This document shows positions 11,823-23,378 of a stretch of 29,937 nucleotides of DNA, piece by piece (the stretch's first letter is position 1; each line of letters opens with the position of its first letter). This DNA is from Selaginella moellendorffii (lineage: Eukaryota; Plantae; Lycopodiophyta). The stretch covers positions 133,266 to 163,202 of the forward strand of contig NW_003314437.1 in NCBI RefSeq assembly GCF_000143415.4. The letters are read 5' to 3'. The notes beneath the pieces were generated by a model. The model had not been told where the DNA came from. It saw only the letters and a program-made list of their open reading frames with translations, and did not search any database. The translations under genes were made by a program, and so were the position numbers.

Positions 11823-11924
11823 CTTCCTGCAAGCGATGATCGACGCTCTCTCCTCGTGCTCACGCGCCCTAAAAGAGAATTGAAATTTTTTATGATACCA
11901 AAAGTCACGGCTCTCCATTGTTTA

Positions 11925-11940
11925 ATCTCAGCCGTTAGAT
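11925..11940 (-). promoter_or_regulatory. MSA-like element ATCTAACGGCTGAGAT in the B-type Helitron 5' region (identical copy at 16349-16364, +)
   Basis: Fits the YCYAACGGYY MSA (MYB3R) consensus and is conserved in both B copies. Function unproven. Confidence 0.4.
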
Positions 11941-12629
11941 TTTGGCATATGCCCAGAATAAGTGACGCCAGTATATGCTATTATTATACCAGCTCTTTCG
12001 TTTAAATATATGAGTATGATGCTCCCAATCGGACGGACTAGATCTGTGACGCTCCAAAAGAACGGTGAAGATCGTTACATGGTGGCAAAAACGGTGGCAC
12101 CCCTTGAATTCTAGATTCGTAGCTTTGGAAATTTTAGGTTTAAGGAGACCAAATTTATGGAGCAAGATCCTACAGTTCCTTACAGTTCTTGACAGACCTT
12201 GGATATTGAAATATGAAGCCAGGTATGGTGAATTTGTAACTACTTTTCTTCTTTTGTACACTAATTCCATGTTGTTTGTTGTAGATTTTCTATCGTTACA
12301 GAATTGAAAGGCAGAGAGTTTATGGTTGCGGTATTCTTGCAGTGGTCTGGGTGGGATAAAATCCTAAAATTTTGTGTTGTATAGTTTTACAGTTTTGGAG
12401 CCGATCCAAATATCCAGTGTTTGCTCGAAATTTCCCAGCGAGGAGCACACTGGCGATGCAGCAGCTTTGTTGGCGCTCTCAAGTTATCATCACTGCAGCC
12501 ACTGATATGAACGTGACTGGCCGGTCAATTGATCAGATGCCATAGCTGAGCGCCAATGCCATACCATTTTAGGGGTTCTTCCTCCTCCAAGTTGTCCAGA
12601 TAGCCGGCTGAGTAAATCCCAGGCTGTTG

Positions 12630-14244
12630 ACTGGGAATCCACAGCAGCATGGCAGTCGCTGCCTTCCTGACATTCTTGAGTTTTCTCAACAAGTGGTACC
12701 ATGAGACGGTGCTCAATCCAGGACAGCCTCCACTTCCGGCTGCTTTTCTCAGAGGCTTCAAGTCTGGAAGACCGACTACATTGCAAAGTTAAGTGATCTT
12801 GTACTTTCTTTCGCTTGTTTAACTGTTGCTTTTTCTTGGTTTCAGGTGCAATCGAGTAGGTTTTACAAGGCGCGCGTTTCTGTTCAGGCAGCATGCAAAT
12901 TTGTAAAGACAGCTTTGAGACAGGATGGCCGGAGAGCACTGTTACGCTCATGAGCCACTTGAAGCTCCAAGCCCACTGTGAACAATCCCAAAGCTCTCAA
13001 GCAGTATGTGCCCCTCATCGTCAGCAACATAAAAGCGTGCCTTGAGAGGTGGTCTATGCAGGATAAGATCGTTCTTCTTACCGAGATGAGAAGGGTAAGC
13101 AATTGTCTTAGTTTTCTTGTTGACACTGGTTTTTTCTGATATGACAGTTCACGTTTCTAACTGTCCTCTACATTTTATATGGGAAAGACTCCAGTCTCGA
13201 CATGGAAGAGACTTTCTCCTTCTACTACATTGTCAACCAAGGCATTCAGGCTCTCCCCATCAACTTTCTCGGCACTGCCTACAACAAAGCCATATGCATT
13301 GTACATAGCTTTGTGACGTTTTCCCATTTTTCAGGCCGAGGCAAAAGCTCATCAAGCTTATCCAGAACGTGATCAACCAGCACTTCTGGAAAGCCGCAGA
13401 AACAAGCATTCTTTCGTTGCTCATGGATCAGCTGGATGGCGCTGGAAGACGCTCATATCATAGACATGCTCAACATGTACATGAATGCTGGTCACGACTC
13501 AACGGCTCATGTCATCATGTGGCTGATGATTTCCTAAAGCAAAATCCTGATGTGTTTGAGAAAGTGAAGGTAAACCTTTGCAGTTTCATACAAACTTCCT
13601 TCATACAATCTTTCTTCTTTAGGCCGAGCAAGACAACATTGCTAAAGTCATTTCAGAAGGGGAAATGATCAACCTTTTAGACATCAGAAGGATGCGCTAC
13701 CTATCTAGTGTCAGTCCATTTTCCCCTGTTTTTATTCCTGAATTTATTTTTTGTTTTTGCAGGTTGTCAATGAAACACTGCGACTTGCAAAAATATCTCC
13801 AATGGTCTTTAGAAGAGCCTTGTTAGACCTCGAGTTTAATAGTGAGTCTCCTTCTCTCAAGTGATGTGCAAGTGATTTGGAAGCGTGGCTAAGACAAGTA
13901 CATATGGATCCACCCTAATCCGGAAAAGTTCAATCCAGCTGGGAGGTACGAGATTCTCACCCATGCTCTGTAACTCTGGCTGGGATTTTTCACTAGAAAT
14001 ATGGAGCATCTCCATTCACGTTCACACCCTTTGGGATGGGAAATCGAACTTACAAACTTGCCAAGCTTCAAATCTTCATTGTAGTCCATTACTTCGTTAT
14101 TACAGGTAAAGATCTATTATTTGTGCCATTATCCTTTATCTGGGGTTTGAGGTGGACTGCCTTGGATCCCAACAGCAAATTTCTTACTTGCCACATCCAA
14201 GACCACGAGACTTCTATTCTGTAAGAGTTTCAAAACTTCTGTAG
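12630..14244 (+). pseudogene. KAO: Cytochrome P450 CYP88 / ent-kaurenoic acid oxidase-like pseudogene, copy 1
   Basis: AAFLRGFKSGRP, FETGWPEST, IIDMLNMYMNAGHDSTAH (I-helix), VVNETLR (ExxR), HMDP..PEKFNP, PFGMGNRTY (heme Cys lost), YLPHPRP. Many deletions and frameshifts; introns retained. Confidence 0.88.
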
Positions 14245-16739
14245 TTATAAAAGAAAAAAGTACTTTACTGAATTGTACCCATACAATATGATACCTTATG
14301 CATTCTCATGCCTCCACTATTCTAATCTGTCCCTGTCACTTATTGACTTATCACTCCTTCTTTGAAGTCACTGCCTCAACAGGATGAAACTCAAAGACAA
14401 GAAGATACTCAAAGGCAGGCTTGCCAAGTACATTGTAGAGGCTGTTTGTAAGTCCCAAATGTTTCTCATCACAGGTCTTTGGAGGACATGCATAGCTTTT
14501 ATGACCATGGACCAAATGTTGAGAACAGCAGCATCATCAAGAAGAGTTGCAGTCTAGCATTTAATTTGTCTCACTTCTGGCACAAGACAATAAGGTTGTT
14601 AAAAATAAGGTCTTCATTTATTTTTTAACTAAGTCCTGTTTGCACAGCAATGCAATGCATCAGGAGCTTGCTGGAAACTATGATTTACAGAATTTCCAAG
14701 AAGGTAGGAGATTCACGCTGATTACAGCAAGTAACTATCAGGTACACTTTTAGTGTTTTCGCTCATGGGTCGTGATCTCCCTTATCTTGAGTTTAGAGAA
14801 GCCTGCAAGTATCACCAGATTCTAAGAACTCAGCCAACTATGTGTGTCTTTGGAGGCTGCCATTATAAGTACTTTTTCTTTAAATTTTATATAACCTTCA
14901 CTGCTATGGATTCTGTGAATGGCATTTTCAGGACCCCATGTTCCTCCTCTTCCTCCATCTTTCTAAAAGTAATGCAGACAATTTCAAGATTGGCAATGTG
15001 CTGAAATCATAAGTCAAGCTTGCCATTGTGTATGTTCTTCAACAGGAAGTTTTCCAGGCCCAAAGGACGCTGAGTGTTCTTCTCTAGAAGGTTTTCCAGG
15101 CCTGAAGGGTGATGCAACGCTTTTGGTGGTAGGGATTCGTGTGTGCAACTAGACAACGTACTCCATGTTTGCCAAAAGCATTATAGCTTTAGATTGAAGG
15201 CTGCAAAATAAATTGGTCTTACTAATATGACTGCTTGGCCACTTCTCATGGAAAAGACATGTTTATGAAAAGTTTGCTTCCCTTATATGTAGTAAAGAAT
15301 ATATTTTGATACTATTGGTGTTTGTTAGCTAAAGGTGTTGGGCAAAGAAACTTTTTATCCAGATAATATTCTAAAGCTCTACTTACGGGTGGTGGAGTTC
15401 TGGAAATCTGGTCACAACACTTGAGGTTATTGTTTGTCTTTTAAAAGTAATAGTTGCTGCTATGTAAGTCTATAAGGTATTCATAATGGGACTCATTGAG
15501 ATCTGGAAAGATCATACTTAAAGCTTTGTAGACAACTTTTTCCTTACAAATTACATTTAACAAAGATTGAGTAATTAAAAACTATTCACTCCATAAAGAG
15601 GGAAATTAATTATAGATTAAAATTTAAAAAGAGTTATATTTTTTCAAAAGAAGATACACATTATCATGGATTATGATGTTGTATTGATGAACTTGGTCAG
15701 ATTTTTCTTAATACAAATATTATATCTCTAATATAATTATTATTTTTGTTTTTTTAACACCTCTAATGTAGTGTGAATATCTAGGTAGATTTAATTATGT
15801 ATATTTTTAAATGTAAAACCAGACATATAATAAAAGTTCTATTATTCTTTTGTAAACTATGAAAGTTAGAGGCATGATTACAGTTCAGATAAAAAAATTT
15901 AGCCCAGTATGCAATCAAACTTATAATTTCTCCAAACTAACCTATTATTTTTTGGTAGTCTATAATTCTTCAGTTTTGTGAAAACTCAATTGCTTTTAAA
16001 GTATGGCAGCAATCTTGTTTATGTGTTTAGGGTTTGGTACCTTTCCATAAAGGCAATAAAAATTTCAAATTCAAATTTAATGATGATTAAAAATGATCTT
16101 ATCTTCCCCAACACTTGCATTATTATGCATTTTTCTGGAGATGAATAGTAGCAAAACTTAGATAAATTTAACCTTGTATACAATCAAAATTTCTAATATT
16201 GTAAAGTTAGAAAAGAAGATCTATTTATCTTGGGTATGCTATATCTTCCAGTGGAGTTGGGGTCTCTGCTAGTACTCATATATTTAAATGAAAGAGCCGG
16301 TATAATAATAGCATATGCTGAGGACGCTTATTCTGGGCATATGCCAAGATCTAACGGCTGAGATATAATTACAAAAGGTCGTAACTTTTCAAATCAGAAA
16401 TTTTTTAATTGTGGCTTTTAGGGCGAATGAGAGCAAGGAGAACCACAGGGTGCTATGCAAAGAGCAGGCAAATCTATGGGTTACTGCAAGGTTCTCCCTC
16501 TCTCCTGCTTTCCCTGTGTGTGGGATTATGTGCAGAATTCTCTTTCAGTGTACTCTGGTTATAAATTATATTTTCTTCTCTTAAGAAAATGGTGCTGTGT
16601 ACATGGTGCTGCGTGCATGGTGCCCCGTCTTTGATAAGGTTGGTTTACGTGTTCTGCTATGCTGGCTGAAAGTGTATGGCTTGCTTTCTCTTTTACAAAT
16701 CTATCCACAACGTAGCTATCGGGTCTTGCCTCCATTTCT

Positions 16740-17760
16740 CTGTCACTGTTCCAGTAGCATCCAAGACTAATCTTTGTATAACACACCAGACTCAGGTGGC
16801 AAGTATGGAGTCCCATATTGAACTTATTTTTGGATGCCTGTCCAAGACATATGGTACTCGATGGCTATCAGCCCCGTGCATTTCACAGTCATCTCTACAG
16901 AACATGACTAGAGCTTGACCAGTGAACAAGTATGCATTCTTATTCTTTTCATCTTTACTTCAACGAAACCTTCTTCTACAGTACGCTTGGATGAAATCCG
17001 ACCTCGAATCTGTCGACAGATTCAGTACACCATGGATAGTTTTCACAGGGTAACTGTTTTTATCCACATTTTCATTCTGTAAACTCATGTTTGCTATTTT
17101 TCTTTCAGTCATCGACCTATGTACTCCACTCAACTGTGGGGAATTATTTTAAAACTTTACCAGGTGTGGATCCGAAGTTTGTAGCAGCTGTGGAACCATT
17201 GCTCTTTAAAACACGAGCTCTTCAAAGGGAAAACTAGAATGAAACTGTCATTTTTTTTTAAATTTATTTTTTGCACAGGTTGATTTAGCAGTGTGGGGGC
17301 ATGTTCACAGCTACGAGCGAACTTGTGCTGTGTTTCAGGGCCGCTGCCTGCAGCACCTGATCAAGGATTTAGCGGGCGTCGATTTCTTTGACACTACAAT
17401 TTACTCAGCTCCAGTTCACGTTGTGGTTGGCATGGCCGAATTCAGCCTGGATGACTTCCCTCGTAATGTAAGCTTGCAGCTTTGTTTCCTATATTCAAGC
17501 TCGTTATATGGTATTGATATTCTACCTTTTCTATTTTTTTTGTTGACAGTTTAGTTCATGGAGCTTGATTTGAAGGTCGGCATTTGGATATGCAAGAGTG
17601 ACAACTGATAAGACAAAGCTACTGTTTGAGGTAGATGAATTGCGTTCTTGGTTCTTGCATGTTATTTATTTAATTGTCATTCCAGTACATTACAACAGAC
17701 GGAACAGTAGCTGACCGGTTTAAAATTGCCAAGCTAGACTGGGGATTTTCCAGGCCGTAA
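16740..17760 (+). pseudogene. Purple acid phosphatase / nucleotide pyrophosphatase-phosphodiesterase C-terminal half
   Basis: PDSGGKYGVPY*TYF, WYSM..VHFTVISTEHD*, SVDRFSTPWIVFTG|HRPMYS, VDLAVWGHVHSYERTC, APVHVVVGMA, FGYARV. Several in-frame stops. Confidence 0.9.
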
Positions 17761-17795
17761 ACAATTTCAAGTTTTACAAGTTCAATAGTTGGCTT

Positions 17796-18490
17796 GTAGA
17801 GCTTGCTGATTTGCTTGAAGCTGCCAAGAGCTCTTGCTTTGCTGCACAGCACCTGTTTTTGGATCTTGCCAGTCACGGTTTTGTCCAAGGCCGCAAGAAT
17901 GACGACGCTCTTTGACACCATGAACTTCGGTAAACGCTGTTGACAGAACGAGAGTATCTCCTCCTTGTTGCTTCTCACGCCATGCTTGAGGGACACAAAT
18001 GCACATGGAGACTTGCCCCACTGCTCGTCTGGCGGCACCACCACAGCACTGCTGGATGCCTGGAAGAAAAAGAAGCAAACTTTAACGAGAAACAAAGAAG
18101 AAAAAACTCTCCTTTTACCTGTACAAGATGCTCTCCACTTCCAGGCTGCTAATGTTCTCCCCTCCAGAAATGATAATATCCTTGGCTCAATCCTTGATCT
18201 TGATGTATCCATCGGGATGCCGAACTGCCAAGTCCCCGGAGTGGAACCATCCTCCTCTAAAGCTCTCCAGCGTTGCCTCTGGATTGTTCAAGTACCCCTT
18301 GTTCCCACGCATGCAAACTTCGCCAATGGTGACACCGTCCTTGGCAACCGGTTCCAGAGTTTTGGAGTTGAGCACTTGTAAGCTGTCAAGGCAAACGTAT
18401 TTCATGCCCTGCTGAGCCTTGAGCCTGGCCTGCTCATCAGGTGAAAGAATGTCCCATTCGGGATTCCACTCGCACATTGTGCATGGAGCA
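17796..18490 (-). pseudogene. Acyl-activating enzyme (peroxisomal AAE clade, AAE1/7/11/12-like) 3' fragment
   Basis: [91 protein letters not shown]..ISKL. Internal stop at 18187-18189. Confidence 0.9.
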
Positions 18491-18598
18491 CAGTGCATGA
18501 AAGAGTGGGAAGAGGCTAGCTGCCTATTTTTCTTTCTATGCACTTCCTTTATGGTTATGTCCAGTTTATTTTTGAGTAGGTGGTATCTGTGGTTATAT

Positions 18599-19424
18599 NN
18601 NNNNNNNNNNNNNNNNNNNNNNNNNNNNNNNNNNNNNNNNNNNNNNNNNNNNNNNNNNNNNNNNNNNNNNNNNNNNNNNNNNNNNNNNNNNNNNNNNNNN
18701 NNNNNNNNNNNNNNNNNNNNNNNNNNNNNNNNNNNNNNNNNNNNNNNNNNNNNNNNNNNNNNNNNNNNNNNNNNNNNNNNNNNNNNNNNNNNNNNNNNNN
18801 NNNNNNNNNNNNNNNNNNNNNNNNNNNNNNNNNNNNNNNNNNNNNNNNNNNNNNNNNNNNNNNNNNNNNNNNNNNNNNNNNNNNNNNNNNNNNNNNNNNN
18901 NNNNNNNNNNNNNNNNNNNNNNNNNNNNNNNNNNNNNNNNNNNNNNNNNNNNNNNNNNNNNNNNNNNNNNNNNNNNNNNNNNNNNNNNNNNNNNNNNNNN
19001 NNNNNNNNNNNNNNNNNNNNNNNNNNNNNNNNNNNNNNNNNNNNNNNNNNNNNNNNNNNNNNNNNNNNNNNNNNNNNNNNNNNNNNNNNNNNNNNNNNNN
19101 NNNNNNNNNNNNNNNNNNNNNNNNNNNNNNNNNNNNNNNNNNNNNNNNNNNNNNNNNNNNNNNNNNNNNNNNNNNNNNNNNNNNNNNNNNNNNNNNNNNN
19201 NNNNNNNNNNNNNNNNNNNNNNNNNNNNNNNNNNNNNNNNNNNNNNNNNNNNNNNNNNNNNNNNNNNNNNNNNNNNNNNNNNNNNNNNNNNNNNNNNNNN
19301 NNNNNNNNNNNNNNNNNNNNNNNNNNNNNNNNNNNNNNNNNNNNNNNNNNNNNNNNNNNNNNNNNNNNNNNNNNNNNNNNNNNNNNNNNNNNNNNNNNNN
19401 NNNNNNNNNNNNNNNNNNNNNNNN
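18599..19424. other. Assembly gap (others at 24070-24169, 26458-26557, 28242-29138)
   Basis: Runs of N. Confidence 0.99.
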
Positions 19425-20672
19425 GATTGCAACAAACTTCTAAAGATGAAGCAATATGTAAAATATGTAAATATGCAGGACCTATAAAGGAACACATCAC
19501 CCAGCTTCACCTTGGACAAGACACGTTCCAAGTAGCTATACCTTCGCATTTTGTTGATCAACTGTATGGAACAAAGGAACTTTGACATTCCTTAAAAAAA
19601 ATAAACCTTTGCCTTTACATCTGTGCCTTTACTCTTTGATTTCTGATGAAGCTTTTATGCAGAATTGGTCAGAGTCTAGAAAAATGCACTGGATCTTTGC
19701 ACGGCAACATGGGGAACATTTGAAAGAACCCAGCACTTGAGGTGATATCCTCATTAAAGTTTGTGATTTGTTTATCTTGAGGCATCTTTTTTTAGGCACT
19801 TCGAGCATTGGCTTACATGGGAACTTTCATTGATGGGGGCAATGATTCCATTGAATATATTCCCAACCTTTCAACATCAGAAGGTTTGTAAATCAGCTGT
19901 TTACAAACATTCCTAATTCTCCCACTAATGTATTACATACCTGGAAAGAGATGTATATAATGGCATTGCGTAGATCACACTACTTCGTACACTCCAATCA
20001 AATATACAGGCCCACTGTGTTGAGGCACGTTCGTGACAAAAACTCATGGATTATACGTACTCTATTCGCTCAGATAACTACAACTTAATGTTCTGCTCAG
20101 CAAGCAGCCAGAAGAATATCTGGTCTGTCTCTAGAGATTCCAAAGTTGTGTCAAATGGTCCAAGACGACAGAACTGAAGCCAAAGTGATAGATGTTAACA
20201 ATCTCGATGTGCCTTTCATTGGTGATCCAATGAACACCAAAGTGCATATCCTTCAAGGTTAATATAATTACAGAATATGTATTTAAAAATCATGATATAG
20301 AAAAGGCTGAACTTCTTCTTACAATCGAGTAAGCTTTCCCATGCTTTCACACAAAACTTTTAACATAACCACCTATGAAATCTCATGCTTGAATATTTTT
20401 TTGTTAATAATAAAGAAACAATATAAACGAAAAGCCAACAACTGAAATATATATGAGACTCCCAGATTTGTCTTCTGATATTTCTTTTATAAAAAATAAA
20501 CATAAATGTAAAGCACTACGACTACTAATGTTAGTTTTGTCGAAATACATTACAAATTAGTTATTTAGTTACAAATTTTTGGTAACTAATTACATTACGT
20601 ATGTATGTATATAACATTATTACATTTTTTTTCTCTGTTTCATGTTAAGGGAGAGAGTTCTAAGAAGCTGAG

Positions 20673-21340
20673 ATGCCAATTAAGGACAGCGGCCACTGCT
20701 ACTGATGGTCTTTTCATGCCAAGGTGACACACAAAGGGAAACTTGTATTCTTTGAAATAGGCACAGCTGGGTGTGTTATGTCAGTTGATGTTGCCAATGC
20801 ATAAAGTTCTGAAATACGTATTGTTGGGTTTGGCGAGAATGCAAAGCATCTTTCAAGTGAGATTGAGCAAGGCAATGTCTATATATTTTCAGGGAACAGT
20901 GGTGTACAGTGCTCTAAACCAGCATATACACCATATAAATCAAATTGGGAGATAAAAGCAAGCAAGACTATGGAGATCAAGTGTGTAGAGGATGATCTAC
21001 GTATTCCAAATGTTGTTCTTAATAGAACGAGTGTTTTAGATGCTTCTAAGCTCGGCCAAGAGACATTTGTAGATGTGATTGGCAGTGTAATGTGGATTGG
21101 ACAAACATTTCTCCTAAGGATTCTGGAGCATTCATGAGAAGGAGGATGCTTTCTTTGAGTGATGAATTGGGCCATAGTATAGACATGTGTCTGTGGGATT
21201 CAAAGGCTGAAGATGAAGGTTCAGAAATTGAGGAGAAACCTGGACGAGGGGAGAGGCCTATTGTATGTGTGAAGGGCAGCCAGATTTCAGATTACAATGG
21301 CAAGTCCATTTCAGTCACAGGTGCAAGTATTGCAAGATAA
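20673..21340 (+). pseudogene. RPA1: Replication protein A 70 kDa (RPA1)-like OB-A/OB-B fragment
   Basis: WSFHAKVTHKG..SVDVANA*SSEIRIVGFG..IEQGNVYIF..NWEI..FVDVIGSV..RRRMLSLSDELGHSIDMCLW..IVCVKGSQISDYNGKSIS. Stops and a frameshift. Confidence 0.85.
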
Positions 21341-23378
21341 AAGTTGGTTAGGGTTATCTTTATAGTACATGGTTTCAGAATGAAATGACTTCCTCTTTGG
21401 AAAACGGTGAGAGCCAGGAAACACGCAGGTTGCATTTACATCAACCTTTGAGAATCCCTCGGAAAGAAGTTTCAGGTGAGATTTACAGCCCAGATGCCTA
21501 TTATAAATTTGAAATGCTTTACAAATGTGTGTAAAATGATTCCTGTAGATTATAAAAGCAGAGAAGAAGTGGGACTAGAAGAGATTGCAAAAGAGCAAAG
21601 AGAAAAGGGTAAGAGTTATCCAAACAAAAATTAATAATAAAAAGTTTCCTACTTGTAACATTTTCTTTTAGACATGATAAATGAGACCCGAAGAAATGGG
21701 TCTTGTGACATGGAAGTTGACAACAAAGGTAGTGAAATTTATATTAAAAACTAAAGCTATCATTATCATCATCAAACTCTTTATTTAAAGTTGCTATTTT
21801 GGCATCGGCGTCACATATTCCATTTTTCGAATATCCATTTTTACTTATGGCAGATGCTCTCAATTCAACGATCCAGATTTGTGACGCTCCAAAGCAATGG
21901 TGCGGATTGTTACATGGTGGCAAAGAGCTTGGTTTTAGGTTTAAGAAACAGTTAATATGGCTGTCCGTATCTGGAGCATATTGGATGCTAAAATTTTATT
22001 GTGGGAGAAGAAGCGCATCGGATGAGAAGTAGAACTTTCCCGTCCCATATACTGTAGAAGAAGGTGACATCAGAGGTGATTTTTGTTTCAGAATTTCTGG
22101 ACGATACAGGTATTGCTCAGAAGAAAAAACAAATTTACTGCTTCTCTAGGTACTCTAACATTCAAGCGAATCCAGGGTGCCTTGCAGCATTTTTCCAGTC
22201 CAGTGAAGCTGATCAATGGCATCGCAACAAAATCCAGTGAGTTTTGTTTTAGAAAAAAAAATGACTACCATCTTTGGATATGCCTGTACAGCTTGCTTTG
22301 TGTAGCTCTAGGAGATGTAGTCGAGGTTCTGGTTGGAATAGGTGGAGAGGCAAGAGCTCAGGCTGGGAAGCAACATCCTTGGAAGCTCTCCAAACAGGAT
22401 CCGATTGATGCACATGTCTGCCTGGGTGGAGGTGCGCTCTCTGTTCCTCATTACCAGAGCTCACTGCCACAGATTCTGGAGAGTGCAAGAGACTGTTGGA
22501 CTTCCAGGGAGTAGTTAGTGGAAAAGGTAGCTGACCTGTTTCATCACTTTGTTTCATTTCTGTGCTGCTGCAGAGTGACAACTTGCACACCAAGATAGAG
22601 GAGGATGAGAAAGAGAAGCTGTAGAAAAAGTAAGCCCACATCCCATCTCTGTGGCCATGTGTCTGAATCCATCTGTGTTGCAGGGAAGAGGAACGTCAGC
22701 TCCAGAAGAAGAAAAAGAGATGAGCAAAAGGCCCTTCCTGTCTGTCATTTTTGGACGAGGTCGACAGTGACACTGATGAAAGGGAAATGACAGTGATGAA
22801 GGCGAAATTGACAGCGCTGGTATGGTTTGGCAGCTTCAATCAAATCCAGTAAAAGATGAGAGGTGGCAGATGAACAGAAAAATAAAAAAACTGGGCAAGT
22901 TTGGGATCTCACCAGTATGGGGAAGACTGGGTAATGCTTTGCCTGTTTGTGTTTTTTCCAACCATGCTGTTCGTGATTCCAGCGGAAGTTCTCAAAGGCC
23001 AAGTTAATCTTTTGAGAGTCGAGCTAGGAGAAGTTCAACTCACAAAGCTCTTGGGAGGAAAGAGGTGGATCAGATGCCATGGTAAACACGTAAACCTCCT
23101 ATTTTCTTTCATTTTTTTCTTCAGGAATTCCATCTCTTGTTGCCAAGCCGCTGGGGTGTAGGGAATTAAAATGCCTGATTTGGTAAATTCATGAAGCCTT
23201 GTTCCGCTTTTCCTGACGAACACTGTAGGTACTCCAAAGGCCTCAGCTATGATTCTATACTGGACTGGGACAGCAACGCTGCTTCTTGATCTTCCTCGCA
23301 TTCGTTATTATTCTTCTCAGAACTAGGTAGCCACAATTTTCACTAAAATCTAAAACAAGCACTGACTAAAGTCACACA

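Larger units (their letters stand above)
4456..12019 (-). mobile_element. Non-autonomous Helitron B1 (~7.56 kb) nested in A1
   Basis: Minus-strand 5' A|TCATACTCATATATTTAAACG at 12019. 3' hairpin TCCCAGC-GTA-GCTGGGA (4466-4482) plus CTAG|T at 4459-4456. Removing it gives ttacttatggtagA|Tgctcccaat, matching the empty site ttacttatggcagATgctctcaat at 21841-21864. A|T insertion, no TSD. Confidence 0.9.
4373..16272 (+). mobile_element. Non-autonomous Helitron A1 (interrupted by B1), carrying a CYP88/KAO pseudogene
   Basis: 5' end TCAAACTCTTTATTTAAAGTTGC at 4373 matches 21772. 3' end is a decayed hairpin (TCCAGTGGAGTTGGG, ~16247-16261) plus CTAG 16269-16272. The last ~160 bp match 29750-29910. Confidence 0.8.
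16273..21768 (+). mobile_element. Helitron B2, 5' part (first 3 nt displaced; 3' end not seen), carrying PAP, AAE and RPA1 fragments
   Basis: 16273-16430 aligns to the reverse complement of 11865-12016 (TACTCATATATTTAAA..GAAAGAGC..ATCTAACGGCTGAGAT..TTTTAGGGCG). Extent is inferred and spans an N-gap. Confidence 0.6.

Noticed and set aside
12630-18490. Biosynthetic gene cluster (P450, phosphatase, acyl-CoA ligase)
   Set aside because: All are truncated or carry stops, the P450 lacks the heme Cys, and their proximity is explained by Helitron capture.
18187-19588. Long ORFs spanning X runs (also 28166-29254)
   Set aside because: Artefacts of translating N-gaps.
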